A DNA stretch of 32,000 bases from contig OW818675.1 of NCBI GenBank assembly GCA_942493095.1, positions 2,910,001 to 2,942,000 on the forward strand, in the 5' to 3' direction. The notes beneath the pieces were generated by a model. That model saw only the letters and a list, made by a program, of their open reading frames with translations. It made no database searches and had not been told where the DNA came from. The translations under genes and the position numbers were made by a program. The DNA is from Candidatus Electronema halotolerans (GTDB taxonomy: Bacteria > Desulfobacterota > Desulfobulbia > Desulfobulbales > Desulfobulbaceae). This document shows, one piece after another, positions 8,399 to 16,805 of the stretch. Every line of letters begins with the position of its first letter. Positions within the stretch are counted from its first letter, which is position 1.

Positions 8399-9286
8399 AT
8401 GAACAGAAAGATTTTAGTCGCAGTTGATGGTTCCGTACACAGCTCCAGCTGTCTTGACTATTTGATCCGGCTTTTCCGCAATGATCAGGACTTCCATGTT
8501 GATCTGCTCGCCGTGGTTTCGGCGTATGCTGCCACGCCTGTCCAGATAGAAGAACGCCGGAAGCGATTCTGCAGCTATCTTCAAGATGCCAATAACCGCC
8601 TGCTGCGCAACGGCTTCAGCGAGGAACGGCTTTCCTGCTCTGTCAGCACAGGGGCTTTTGGGATCGCCGCCTCCATTCATCAGCATCTGCTGCGCGGCAA
8701 ACACGACAGCCTGCTGATCGGGCGGCGGGGCATGGGCCGGATCGGCGAGCTGCTGCTGGGCAGCGTCTCAGCAGAGCTGCTCCCCCGCTGTCACGAAACA
8801 CCGATCTGGCTGTTAGACGGCAATGTCGCTTCAAACCGCTTCCTGCTCGCCGTCAACAGCAGTCCCAGCTCGCTCTTGGCTGCGGATCATCTGTCATTCA
8901 TCCTCAGCGGCTGCCCGGACACTGAAATTTTTCTCTATCATTCTTATGCCTTGTTCGGTTCCGCCCCTGCCGCGCCGCTGGAGGATTTTGAGCGGCAGTG
9001 GGGCGCGACCTGGTGCGCCAAGCATCTGGATTTTGACACCTGCCTCTATCAGGCCCACACCAAAATTCTTTTGGACAACGGGATTGAGAAGCGGCAGATC
9101 ACGCCGGTCCTGCCGCATCGAGATTTTGAGGTCGGGCATGACCTGCTCCGGCAGGCGGAACGGCATGGCTGCGGCACCATTGTCGCAGGCCGCCGGGGCG
9201 CGGATGCAACTAAGGGCCTGCTCGGCGGGGTCTCGGACCGGATGGTGCGGCAGGCGGAAAACTTGGCCATCTGGATTGTCGGCTGA
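8399..9286 (+). CDS. universal stress protein, tandem Usp domains
   Basis: Start at ATG 8399 after GAGGAGG. KILVAVDGSVHSSSCLDY opens the first domain and RFLLAVNSSPSS the second. G.RG..G...LLGSV motifs occur twice (IGRRGMGRIGELLLGSV, AGRRGADATKGLLGGVS). Confidence 0.8.
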   Translation: MNRKILVAVDGSVHSSSCLDYLIRLFRNDQDFHVDLLAVVSAYAATPVQIEERRKRFCSYLQDANNRLLRNGFSEERLSCSVSTGAFGIAASIHQHLLRGKHDSLLIGRRGMGRIGELLLGSVSAELLPRCHETPIWLLDGNVASNRFLLAVNSSPSSLLAADHLSFILSGCPDTEIFLYHSYALFGSAPAAPLEDFERQWGATWCAKHLDFDTCLYQAHTKILLDNGIEKRQITPVLPHRDFEVGHDLLRQAERHGCGTIVAGRRGADATKGLLGGVSDRMVRQAENLAIWIVG

Positions 9287-9398
9287 AGAAAGATCAATGC
9301 AGGAAGTTGAGAAGGCTTTGCAAATGAGATAAGATGAAATCAGTCAGACTGCGCGCCGCAGTTTTTTGATCTTCTGCCGGTTATGGGAGCAAACACCA

Positions 9399-10478
9399 AT
9401 GAAGCCTGTTGAACTGCGAGAAAATGTCTGGTGGTTAGCCAGCCGTTCCGACTCCCTGCTGGAGGTCAATGTCTATCTCCTCTGTTATCCGCATGACAAG
9501 GGGCGGGCTAATCTGATCGTCGATCCTGGCCCGCCGGAGCTGCTCACCTGCCTGCAAAAGGCGACCGTGCCGATCATCGGCGGCTTGGAGCATGTTGACG
9601 GCATTCTGATCAATCATCAGGACCCTGATGTGGCCACCAATGCCGCCTACATTCAGAAGCTCAATCCCAAGTGCATGACGGTCGCTTCAGAAGACACGTG
9701 GCGGCTGATTCATTTTTTCGGCCTCAAGGCCAGCCGCTTCAAGGCGGTGGAGAGTTATCACAACCACCGGGCCACCATGCCGGGCGGCTGCCGCCTCCAT
9801 TTTGTCGGCTCGCCCTTCTGTCATTTCCGGGGGGCGATGATGTATTATGACGAGCGCAGCCGGATTCTTTTCTCCGGCGACCTCTTTGGCGGCCTCTCCT
9901 ACACTCCTGATCTGTACGCCACAGAAGCCTCCTGGGACGGCATCAAGACCTTTCATCAGCTCTACATGCCCTCGCGGGAGGCACTCCGGCTGGCTGTCTC
10001 CCGGATCCGCAATCTGGACCCGCCGCCAGACATGATCGCCCCGCAGCATGGCGGCATCATTCAAGGCGGGCTGCTTAAAGATTTTGTTGACCGGATCTAT
10101 AATTTGGATGTCGGCTTGGACCTGCTCGTGGCCAGCGAGAAAGAGGAGAATTATCTTGGCGCGGTCAATGAAATTTTGGCTGAACTGGAACAGGAAGAGT
10201 CTGCCGAGGCCTTGGCCAAGGGCATTGCCGCCCTGAATCAGGACCGCTCCTTCACCAGCATCATGACCTTTGCCGGCACCAAGGTGACTGCCTTCAAAGT
10301 TGATCCGCCGACCGCAATCAAGACCCTGCTGACCCATCTCCGCAAGCATGGCGGCTTGGGACTGGAGAGTTTGGTCAACTTGGTGGCCTTGAAAGTCCTG
10401 ATAGGCCGGAACATTCCAATCAGCGACATTCTGCCGCAAAACTGGGACGGCGAAGATTTGCCTGACTATTTTGAATAA
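9399..10478 (+). CDS. MBL-fold metallo-hydrolase domain protein (flavodiiron/ODP-like beta-lactamase fold) with an uncharacterised C-terminal domain
   Basis: Start at ATG 9399. VYLLCYP...LIVDPGP, then ILINHQDPDV (a variant of the HxHxDH metal motif), HFVGSPFCHF and LFSGDLFGG fit the MBL-fold order of motifs. Confidence 0.55.
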   Translation: MKPVELRENVWWLASRSDSLLEVNVYLLCYPHDKGRANLIVDPGPPELLTCLQKATVPIIGGLEHVDGILINHQDPDVATNAAYIQKLNPKCMTVASEDTWRLIHFFGLKASRFKAVESYHNHRATMPGGCRLHFVGSPFCHFRGAMMYYDERSRILFSGDLFGGLSYTPDLYATEASWDGIKTFHQLYMPSREALRLAVSRIRNLDPPPDMIAPQHGGIIQGGLLKDFVDRIYNLDVGLDLLVASEKEENYLGAVNEILAELEQEESAEALAKGIAALNQDRSFTSIMTFAGTKVTAFKVDPPTAIKTLLTHLRKHGGLGLESLVNLVALKVLIGRNIPISDILPQNWDGEDLPDYFE

Positions 10479-10495
10479 CCGCGCCGCAGGCCGCC

Positions 10496-11191
10496 ATGAA
10501 CCGCAAAAATATTCTGATTGTTGACCGGGACAAGGAATTCATGCTGGAACTGCGCGAAGCGTTCCTGCCCTACAGCAGCAGCTATCAGACCGCCTTCAGC
10601 AACAGCACAGCCAAGGCCCGTGAAATCCTCGAACGCTTCATGGTGCATCTGGTGCTGGTCAATGTCCAGCTTGCCGGAGAAAGCGGCATTGACCTGCTCC
10701 TGCATGTCCGCCGCCACTATTCGGACACCCATGTGGTGCTTTACAGCAGCAATCTGACTGAGGAACTGAAGCGCTCCGCCTATCACGGCGGCGCAGCAGC
10801 GGTTCTTGAGCATCCCTTCCGTTTTGAAGACCTGCTGAATATTCTGACCGGCATTTTCTTCAAAGATTCGGGCAGCAGCTTTCTTGATTCCGTGCATCTT
10901 GCTGATCTGCTTCAGCTTATCGGCATGGGCGGCCATTCCACTGATGTGGTTGTGGTCGGTGTCGGCCAGCAGCGGGGCGTGATCCGCATCCGCAGGGGCA
11001 AGTTGGTTGAGGCTGAGGCCTGCGGCAAACGGGATGTGGAGGCAGTGACAGAAATGCTCTCCTGGCGTGCTCCGGCAATCAGAACTTGCCGCGCCTCCAC
11101 CGGCATAGGCTCTGCCGCCCAAGCTCTTCCGCTCCACGACGTGCTGATGCAGGCCGTGGCCAAATTGGATGAACGACCGCTGACAATTTGA
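10496..11191 (+). CDS. atypical response-regulator receiver domain + DUF4388 domain protein
   Basis: The N-terminal CheY-like fold begins NILIVDRDKEF. The C-terminal LADLLQLIGMGGHSTDVVVV...GVIRIRRGKLVEAEACGKRDVEAVTEMLSW is the DUF4388 signature. The phospho-acceptor position reads N rather than D (see findings). Confidence 0.7.
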   Translation: MNRKNILIVDRDKEFMLELREAFLPYSSSYQTAFSNSTAKAREILERFMVHLVLVNVQLAGESGIDLLLHVRRHYSDTHVVLYSSNLTEELKRSAYHGGAAAVLEHPFRFEDLLNILTGIFFKDSGSSFLDSVHLADLLQLIGMGGHSTDVVVVGVGQQRGVIRIRRGKLVEAEACGKRDVEAVTEMLSWRAPAIRTCRASTGIGSAAQALPLHDVLMQAVAKLDERPLTI

Positions 11192-11367
11192 TCTGGGAGT
11201 GCTTGCGCCTCCATTCCCCTGCAAATATTCCTTGCTGTTTTCGGCAGCAGGGGATATTTTCTTCAAACTCACCTGCAAGTTCCGCCTTGCTGCAAAAAAA
11301 GGCGGGCTGCTGTGAGCAAATCATCCAGCCTATCAAAGACGACAAAAGCTGTCCGCAGCACTGAAGC

Positions 11368-13212
11368 ATGACCTATATTCTCGGCATTTCCGCCTATTAC
11401 CACGACAGTGCGGCAGTTCTGCTGGCTGACGGCAAGATTGTTGCCGCTGCTCAGGAAGAACGCTTCACCCGCAAAAAGCATGATCCCGGTTTTCCCGGTC
11501 ATGCGATTCAGTATTGTCTGCAAGAGGCGGGCATCAGCATTGAGCAGGTCAGCGATGTTGTTTTCTATGACAAGCCTTTGGTCAAGTTTGAGCGGCTGCT
11601 GGAAACCTATCTGACCTATGCGCCGCAGGGTTTCCGTTCCTTTATCGCGGCCATGCCGGTCTGGATGAAGGAAAAGCTCTACATCAAGACCACGCTGAAA
11701 AGAGAACTGAGCAAGCTGTGCGGCTGCAAGCAATCTGCCCTGCCCAATCTGCTCTTTTCAGAACATCATCAGGCGCATGCGGCTTCAGCCTTCTTTGCCA
11801 GTCCCTTTGAGAAGGCGGCAGTTCTCTGCTTGGATGGCGTTGGCGAATGGGCAACCACCTCGGTCTGGCAGGGAGACCGTAGCACCTTGCAGGCTCTCTG
11901 GGAGATGGATTTTCCCCATTCCCTTGGTCTGCTCTATTCCGCTTTCACCTATTACACCGGCTTCAAAGTCAATTCCGGCGAATACAAGCTGATGGGACTT
12001 GCTCCCTACGGCGAGCCAAAATATGTTGATTTGATTCGCGACAACCTCCTTGATCTCAAGGAAGACGGCACCTTCCGGCTCAACATGGTTTATTTCAACT
12101 ACGCCACCGGCCTGACCATGACCAATGCCCGCTTTGCCAAGCTCTTTGGCGCGCCTGCCCGCAAGCCGGAAGGCCAGCTGACCCAGCGGGAAATGGACAT
12201 TGCCCGGTCGATTCAGGATGTAACCGAAGAAATTGTCCTCCGACTTGCCAAAACTGTGCAGAAGGAGACTGGCGTAGAATATCTCTGCATGGCAGGCGGC
12301 GTGGCCTTGAACTGCGTTGCCAATGGTCGGCTGCTTCGGGAAGGGCCGTTCAAGGACATCTGGATTCAGCCTGCGGCAGGTGATGCGGGCGGTGCGCTCG
12401 GAGCAGCTTTGGTGGTCTGGCAAGAGAAATACCAAGGCCAGCGGACAGCAGACAATGTTCATGATTCTATGTCCGGCTCTTATCTGGGGCCGCGCTTTGC
12501 GGCGGCGGAGATCGAGGCCCGGCTGAATGCTTTAGGCGCACGCTATGAGCGGCTTGACGATGCGCAGCTTATGCCGAAATTAGCCGGACTGCTGGCTGAT
12601 GAGCAGGTTCTTGGTTGGTTTCAAGGACGGATGGAATTCGGGCCGCGTGCGCTGGGCGGGCGTTCAATTATCGGCGATCCGCGCAGTGCCAAAATGCAGT
12701 CAGTGATGAACTTGAAAATCAAATTCAGGGAATCGTTCCGTCCCTTTGCGCCGTCTGTGCTGGCTGAGGATGTGTCTGATTATTTTAATCTGGCCCGGCC
12801 CAGTCCCTATATGCTGATTGTGGCAGATGTGAAGGAAGAGCACCGCATTCCGATGACTGAGGAGCAAAAGCAGCTCTTTGGCGTTGCCAAGCTGAACGTG
12901 CCCCGCTCCACTTTGCCTGCAATCACTCATGTCGATAACTCGGCCCGCATTCAGACCATTCATGCGGAAACTAATCCCCGCTACCATGCCTTGGCCAGCG
13001 CGTTCAAGGAGAAAACCGATTGTCCGGTGCTGGTCAACACCTCCTTCAATGTGCGCGGCGAGCCAATTGTCTGCACGCCCGAAGATGCTTTTCGCTGCTT
13101 CATGCGCACCAACATGGACTGCTTGGTGATCGAAAATTATCTGCTCCTCAAGTCAGAACAGCCTGAATGGAAGGATGACAAAAAGTGGATGCAGGAATTT
13201 GCCCTGGATTAA
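11368..13212 (+). CDS. carbamoyltransferase (NodU/CmcH family)
   Basis: 614 aa. ILGISAYYHDSAAVLLADGKIVAAAQEERFTRKKHD and later GGVALNCVANG, FGPRALGGRSI and VNTSFNVRGEPIV are hallmark NodU/CmcH blocks. Confidence 0.9.
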   Translation: MTYILGISAYYHDSAAVLLADGKIVAAAQEERFTRKKHDPGFPGHAIQYCLQEAGISIEQVSDVVFYDKPLVKFERLLETYLTYAPQGFRSFIAAMPVWMKEKLYIKTTLKRELSKLCGCKQSALPNLLFSEHHQAHAASAFFASPFEKAAVLCLDGVGEWATTSVWQGDRSTLQALWEMDFPHSLGLLYSAFTYYTGFKVNSGEYKLMGLAPYGEPKYVDLIRDNLLDLKEDGTFRLNMVYFNYATGLTMTNARFAKLFGAPARKPEGQLTQREMDIARSIQDVTEEIVLRLAKTVQKETGVEYLCMAGGVALNCVANGRLLREGPFKDIWIQPAAGDAGGALGAALVVWQEKYQGQRTADNVHDSMSGSYLGPRFAAAEIEARLNALGARYERLDDAQLMPKLAGLLADEQVLGWFQGRMEFGPRALGGRSIIGDPRSAKMQSVMNLKIKFRESFRPFAPSVLAEDVSDYFNLARPSPYMLIVADVKEEHRIPMTEEQKQLFGVAKLNVPRSTLPAITHVDNSARIQTIHAETNPRYHALASAFKEKTDCPVLVNTSFNVRGEPIVCTPEDAFRCFMRTNMDCLVIENYLLLKSEQPEWKDDKKWMQEFALD

Positions 13213-13229
13213 CTGGATCGGACCTCGCT

Positions 13230-13637
13230 ATGAGCACTGAAAATTTGTCACAAACAGAACTGCGCAAATTCGGCCTGATTCTTGCGGGCGGATTTGTCGT
13301 CTTCTTCGGCCTGCTGATTCCGCTGCTCAAAGGGCGGGGCATTCATCTGATGAACTGGCCGTGGCTGCTGGCCGTCGGGCTGATCTTAGTCAGTGCGGTT
13401 GCGCCCAAAGCGCTTGGCCCGTTGAATCGGGCGTGGATGTTCTTAGGCCATATACTTGGCTGGATCAACACCAGAATTATTCTCGGCATTGTCTTTCTGC
13501 TGATTTTCACGCCAACCGCACTCGTGTTCAGGCTGCTGGGCAAAGACCCAATGCGGCGCAGCTTTGCCATAGGGCAGAAAAGCTATCGGATCAGCAGCAG
13601 TCAGCCCAAGCCGGAGAATTTAAACCGTCTTTATTGA
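13230..13637 (+). CDS. SxtJ-like small membrane protein
   Basis: Start at ATG 13230 (MSTENLSQTELRKFGL...), giving about 3 TM helices. Its position between a carbamoyltransferase and a DUF5989 gene is the recurrent SxtJ context. The sequence-level call is from memory only. Confidence 0.5.
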   Translation: MSTENLSQTELRKFGLILAGGFVVFFGLLIPLLKGRGIHLMNWPWLLAVGLILVSAVAPKALGPLNRAWMFLGHILGWINTRIILGIVFLLIFTPTALVFRLLGKDPMRRSFAIGQKSYRISSSQPKPENLNRLY

Positions 13638-13650
13638 AGAGGATGTAAAC

Positions 13651-13803
13651 ATGCTGGATTTGCTCAAAGAACTGTGGGGATTTCTGCGGGAGCGCAAGAA
13701 GTTCTGGCTGACTCCCATCATTTTGGTCATTCTGATCTTGGGTGCCCTGATCGTCCTCTCTCAAGGTTCGGCAGTTGCGCCGTTTATCTACACTTTGTTT
13801 TAA
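13651..13803 (+). CDS. DUF5989 family small membrane protein (50 aa; not in the ORF track)
   Basis: Hand translation gives MLDLLKELWGFLRERKKFWLTPIILVILILGALIVLSQGSAVAPFIYTLF*. GAGGA precedes the ATG. The ELW.FL..RKK.WL.PII...GS..APFIYTLF pattern is the DUF5989 signature. Confidence 0.7.
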   Translation: MLDLLKELWGFLRERKKFWLTPIILVILILGALIVLSQGSAVAPFIYTLF

Positions 13804-14468
13804 TCCAGCATCACGCCTGTTCCGTCATCAGCAAAGCAAGGCCGCTGCTCCGGGGAGTAGGCGACGCGGCCCTGCTCCTCCAGCAGGGCTTCAAAACGGA
13901 GCAGGTCAGCTTCGCTCAGTTCATCCACGCCGAGCTGCTCAAAGCGGCAGTCGCAGTGAATGAGCTGGCCCCCGCACCACGGGCAAACTTCCACTGGACA
14001 GCCCAGCTCATGCAGCTCGCCAGTAGCGGCCTGACAGGCCGGGCAAATATCCGTGTCTGTTTGCAGGGGCTGATATTCCGGGAACTCTTCCGGGTGCCGC
14101 ACCGCCTCTTGGAAGGCATTGGCATCAGCAAAGCCGAAAAAATCGAGCAGGTCGCTGTCCAGCCAGCCTTGGCTCAGGCTGCCGTTGAACTCAACTCCCT
14201 CGCTGGAGACTAAATACAAATACGTGTCCTCCGAGGCCACGGCAGCAAGCAGGAACAGGCCCTGCTGCCGGGCGACAAGACGCAGCTCCCTGACCCAGTC
14301 GTTCCGCGCCTCTGGGAGAAAGCTGTAAAATTCCTCCAGCACAGTCAGCGCAGTGCGGTCCTGGCCGAAGACCAGCAGCAGATCAAGCGCAGCTTCCATC
14401 TCCTCATCCGGCACGGCATAGCGCATCAGTCTGCGAATATGGTCCCGTTTTTTCTTCATCTCATCCAT
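13800..14468 (-). CDS. hypothetical cysteine-rich protein (putative zinc-ribbon-like C-terminal region)
   Basis: The open frame runs 13800-14714. The start is uncertain: ATG at 14468 (MDEMKKK) is preferred, with 14543 possible. The C-terminal part contains CPACQ...GCPVEVCPWCGG..IHCDC. No family was recognised. Its stop overlaps the convergent DUF5989 stop. Confidence 0.45.
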   Translation of the reverse strand: MDEMKKKRDHIRRLMRYAVPDEEMEAALDLLLVFGQDRTALTVLEEFYSFLPEARNDWVRELRLVARQQGLFLLAAVASEDTYLYLVSSEGVEFNGSLSQGWLDSDLLDFFGFADANAFQEAVRHPEEFPEYQPLQTDTDICPACQAATGELHELGCPVEVCPWCGGQLIHCDCRFEQLGVDELSEADLLRFEALLEEQGRVAYSPEQRPCFADDGTGVMLD

Positions 14469-14740
14469 CTTCTTTTCTTTCTTGAAGTTTTCTCCGTCTT
14501 GATCTTTTCCGGCAAAGGCGGTACAATCGAGCGTCGCTTCCATGCAATACTCAAGGCGGGCCGGACAGCAATGTCCTCCAAGCAAGCAGCCCGCGCCGCC
14601 TGTCTTCAGACCCTTGCAGCGCAGCATTGCACTCACCGGGAGCAGGAATGCACCGCCGCATCTTTCCGCTGGCTGCGCCTGTCCGGCAGGAGGAAGAAGC
14701 CATCCGTTAATCAATCACAGCAACCAGCGAGGTGCCCGTC

Positions 14741-16033
14741 ATGACCATCAGCAGCGACAGTGCCACCCTCATCATTGAGGGCAAATCCTACCCTCTGCCC
14801 ATAGTCCAGGGCACGGAAAACGACAAGGCCATCGATATCAGCAATCTGCTGCGGGAAACCGGATGCACCACCCTTGACTTGGGCTACAAGAACACAGCCT
14901 CCTGCACCAGCACCATCACCTTTCTTGACGGCGGCAAAGGCAGACTGAGCTACCGGGGCTATTCCATTGAGGACTTGGCGGAAAAATGCGTCTTCATTGA
15001 GGTGGCCTATCTCCTTGTGCATGGCCACCTGCCCACGGCAGAAGAATACGAGCATTTCCGCCACCTGCTCAACCGCTTCTCGCTGCTGCACGAGGATATG
15101 ATCCACTTTTTCGACCAGTTCCCGCCCAGCGCGCCGCCTATGGTCATCCTCTCGATGATGGTCAACAGCTTGTGCAGCTACTACCCGGAGATGAACGAGG
15201 ACCCGACCAAAGACCTTGATCTGACCGCCGCCCGCCTGATTTCCAAAATCCGCACCATTGCCGCATTCTCCTACAAGAAAAATATGGGCAAGCCGCTGAT
15301 TTATCCCAAGCCGGAACTGAGCTACTGCGCCAATTTCCTCAACATGATGTTTGACAGTCCGGTGGAGCCATATATCGTGCGCTCAGAGGCAGTGGCGGCC
15401 CTGAACAAGCTGCTCATCCTTCATGCCGATCATGAGCAGAACTGCTCCACCTCCACTGTGCGGCTGGTCGGCAGTTCGGGCGTGAACCTCTATGCCTCCA
15501 TCGCCGCTGGCATCAATGCTCTCTGGGGGCCGCTGCACGGCGGGGCGAATGAGGCCGTGATTTCCATGCTGGAAGACATTCAGCAGGACAACGGCAATTT
15601 CCAGAAATACATTGACAAGGCCAAGGACAAATCCGATCCTTTCAAGCTGTCGGGCTTCGGCCACCGGGTCTATAAGACCTTTGATCCCAGGGCAAGTATC
15701 ATCAAAGATGCCTGCGACGATTTGCTGACCGCTCTGAAGATTTCTGATCCGCTCTTGGACATTGCCCTACAGCTGGAGGAAGTCGCCTTGAGAGACAACT
15801 ACTTCATTGAACGCAATCTCTTTCCCAATGTGGATTTTTATTCCGGCATCATTTACCGCGCCCTTGGCATTCCCACCAAGATGTTCACGGTCATGTTCGC
15901 CCTTGGCAGGCTGCCCGGCTGGATCGCCCAGTGGAAGGAGCAGCATCAGGATCCCAACACCAAGATTGGACGGCCCCGGCAGGTGTATGTCGGTGAGCCG
16001 ATCCGCTCGGTTGTGCCCATGTCCCAGCGCTGA
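14741..16033 (+). CDS. gltA: citrate synthase
   Basis: Start at ATG 14741 (the track's 14732 is GTG). LSYRGYSIEDLAEK, LLILHADHEQNCSTSTVRLVGSSG, GPLHGGANE and GFGHRVYKTFDPRA are canonical citrate synthase motifs. Confidence 0.92.
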   Translation: MTISSDSATLIIEGKSYPLPIVQGTENDKAIDISNLLRETGCTTLDLGYKNTASCTSTITFLDGGKGRLSYRGYSIEDLAEKCVFIEVAYLLVHGHLPTAEEYEHFRHLLNRFSLLHEDMIHFFDQFPPSAPPMVILSMMVNSLCSYYPEMNEDPTKDLDLTAARLISKIRTIAAFSYKKNMGKPLIYPKPELSYCANFLNMMFDSPVEPYIVRSEAVAALNKLLILHADHEQNCSTSTVRLVGSSGVNLYASIAAGINALWGPLHGGANEAVISMLEDIQQDNGNFQKYIDKAKDKSDPFKLSGFGHRVYKTFDPRASIIKDACDDLLTALKISDPLLDIALQLEEVALRDNYFIERNLFPNVDFYSGIIYRALGIPTKMFTVMFALGRLPGWIAQWKEQHQDPNTKIGRPRQVYVGEPIRSVVPMSQR

Positions 16034-16045
16034 ACAACTGAGCTG

Positions 16046-16585
16046 ATGCGTCTGTTTGTCGCCCTTGCTCTGCCGGAGCCGGTGCTGGCGGAGCTGCGGC
16101 TGCTCTGCTGCGGTCTGCCCGGCGCCCGCTGGGTGCCGCCGGAACAGCTTCATCTCACGCTGCGTTTTATCGGCGCAACAGACGGAGCCATGTGCAGAAG
16201 CATCAGCACTGCTTTGGCAAAAATCCACAGTCCTGCTTTTTCCCTTCAACTGCGCGGCATCGGCTTTTTCCCGCCCCGGAAAGCACCGCACACCCTCTGG
16301 GCCGGTGTGGAAAAATCGGATGACGTGCTGCAATTGCACCGAAAGGTTGAATCCGCCTTAACCGCAATTGGACTGGAACCAGAGCAGCGAAAATTCGCGC
16401 CGCATGTCACGCTGGCCCGACTGCGCGGCGGAACTCCGGCAGACAAAATTGGCAGCTTTCTCGTCCAGCACAGCCTGCTTTCGCTGCCGCCTTTTCCGGT
16501 CAGCAGCTTCTGTCTCTACAGCAGCGTCTTGAGCCGCAGCGGAGCCAAACATTATCTGGAAGCCGACTATCCGCTGGCCGGATGA
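16046..16585 (+). CDS. thpR: RNA 2',3'-cyclic phosphodiesterase (2H phosphoesterase, LigT/ThpR)
   Basis: 179 aa with two HxT motifs (HLTLRFIG and HVTLARL) at the expected spacing. Confidence 0.85.
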   Translation: MRLFVALALPEPVLAELRLLCCGLPGARWVPPEQLHLTLRFIGATDGAMCRSISTALAKIHSPAFSLQLRGIGFFPPRKAPHTLWAGVEKSDDVLQLHRKVESALTAIGLEPEQRKFAPHVTLARLRGGTPADKIGSFLVQHSLLSLPPFPVSSFCLYSSVLSRSGAKHYLEADYPLAG

Positions 16586-16620
16586 AAAAAAGGCTGATGA
16601 ATCAAATAAATTCACCAGCC
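16585..16620 (-). terminator. rho-independent terminator for tRNA-Cys (hairpin also closes thpR from the other side)
   Basis: The minus strand reads GGCTGGTGAAT-TTATTTG-ATTCATCAGCC (11-bp stem, one mismatch) followed by T7. It lies immediately 3' of the tRNA. Confidence 0.65.
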
Positions 16621-16631
16621 TTGCATGTTCT

Positions 16632-16706
<75 letters not shown>

Positions 16707-16723
16707 CTGTGTATGAGCCATAC

Positions 16724-16753
16724 TTTATACTCCATATAGAGGGGCTTTGACAA
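16724..16753 (-). promoter_or_regulatory. candidate sigma70-type promoter for tRNA-Cys
   Basis: The minus strand has TTGTCA (16753-16748), an 18-nt spacer, then TATAAA (16729-16724). The -10 ends 17 nt upstream of the tRNA 5' end. Confidence 0.5.
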
Positions 16754-16805
16754 GAGGAAAATCGGCCTTAAACCGAAAAAAGACCGCTTTTTTGCAAAAA
16801 AGATT

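Noticed and set aside
9687-12462. Minus-strand ORFs 9687-10439 (250 aa), 10466-11278 (270 aa), 11269-11733 (154 aa) and 11785-12462 (225 aa).
   Set aside because: All lie antisense to genes with clear family motifs (MBL-fold, receiver/DUF4388, carbamoyltransferase). They have no motifs or RBS of their own and are shadow ORFs.
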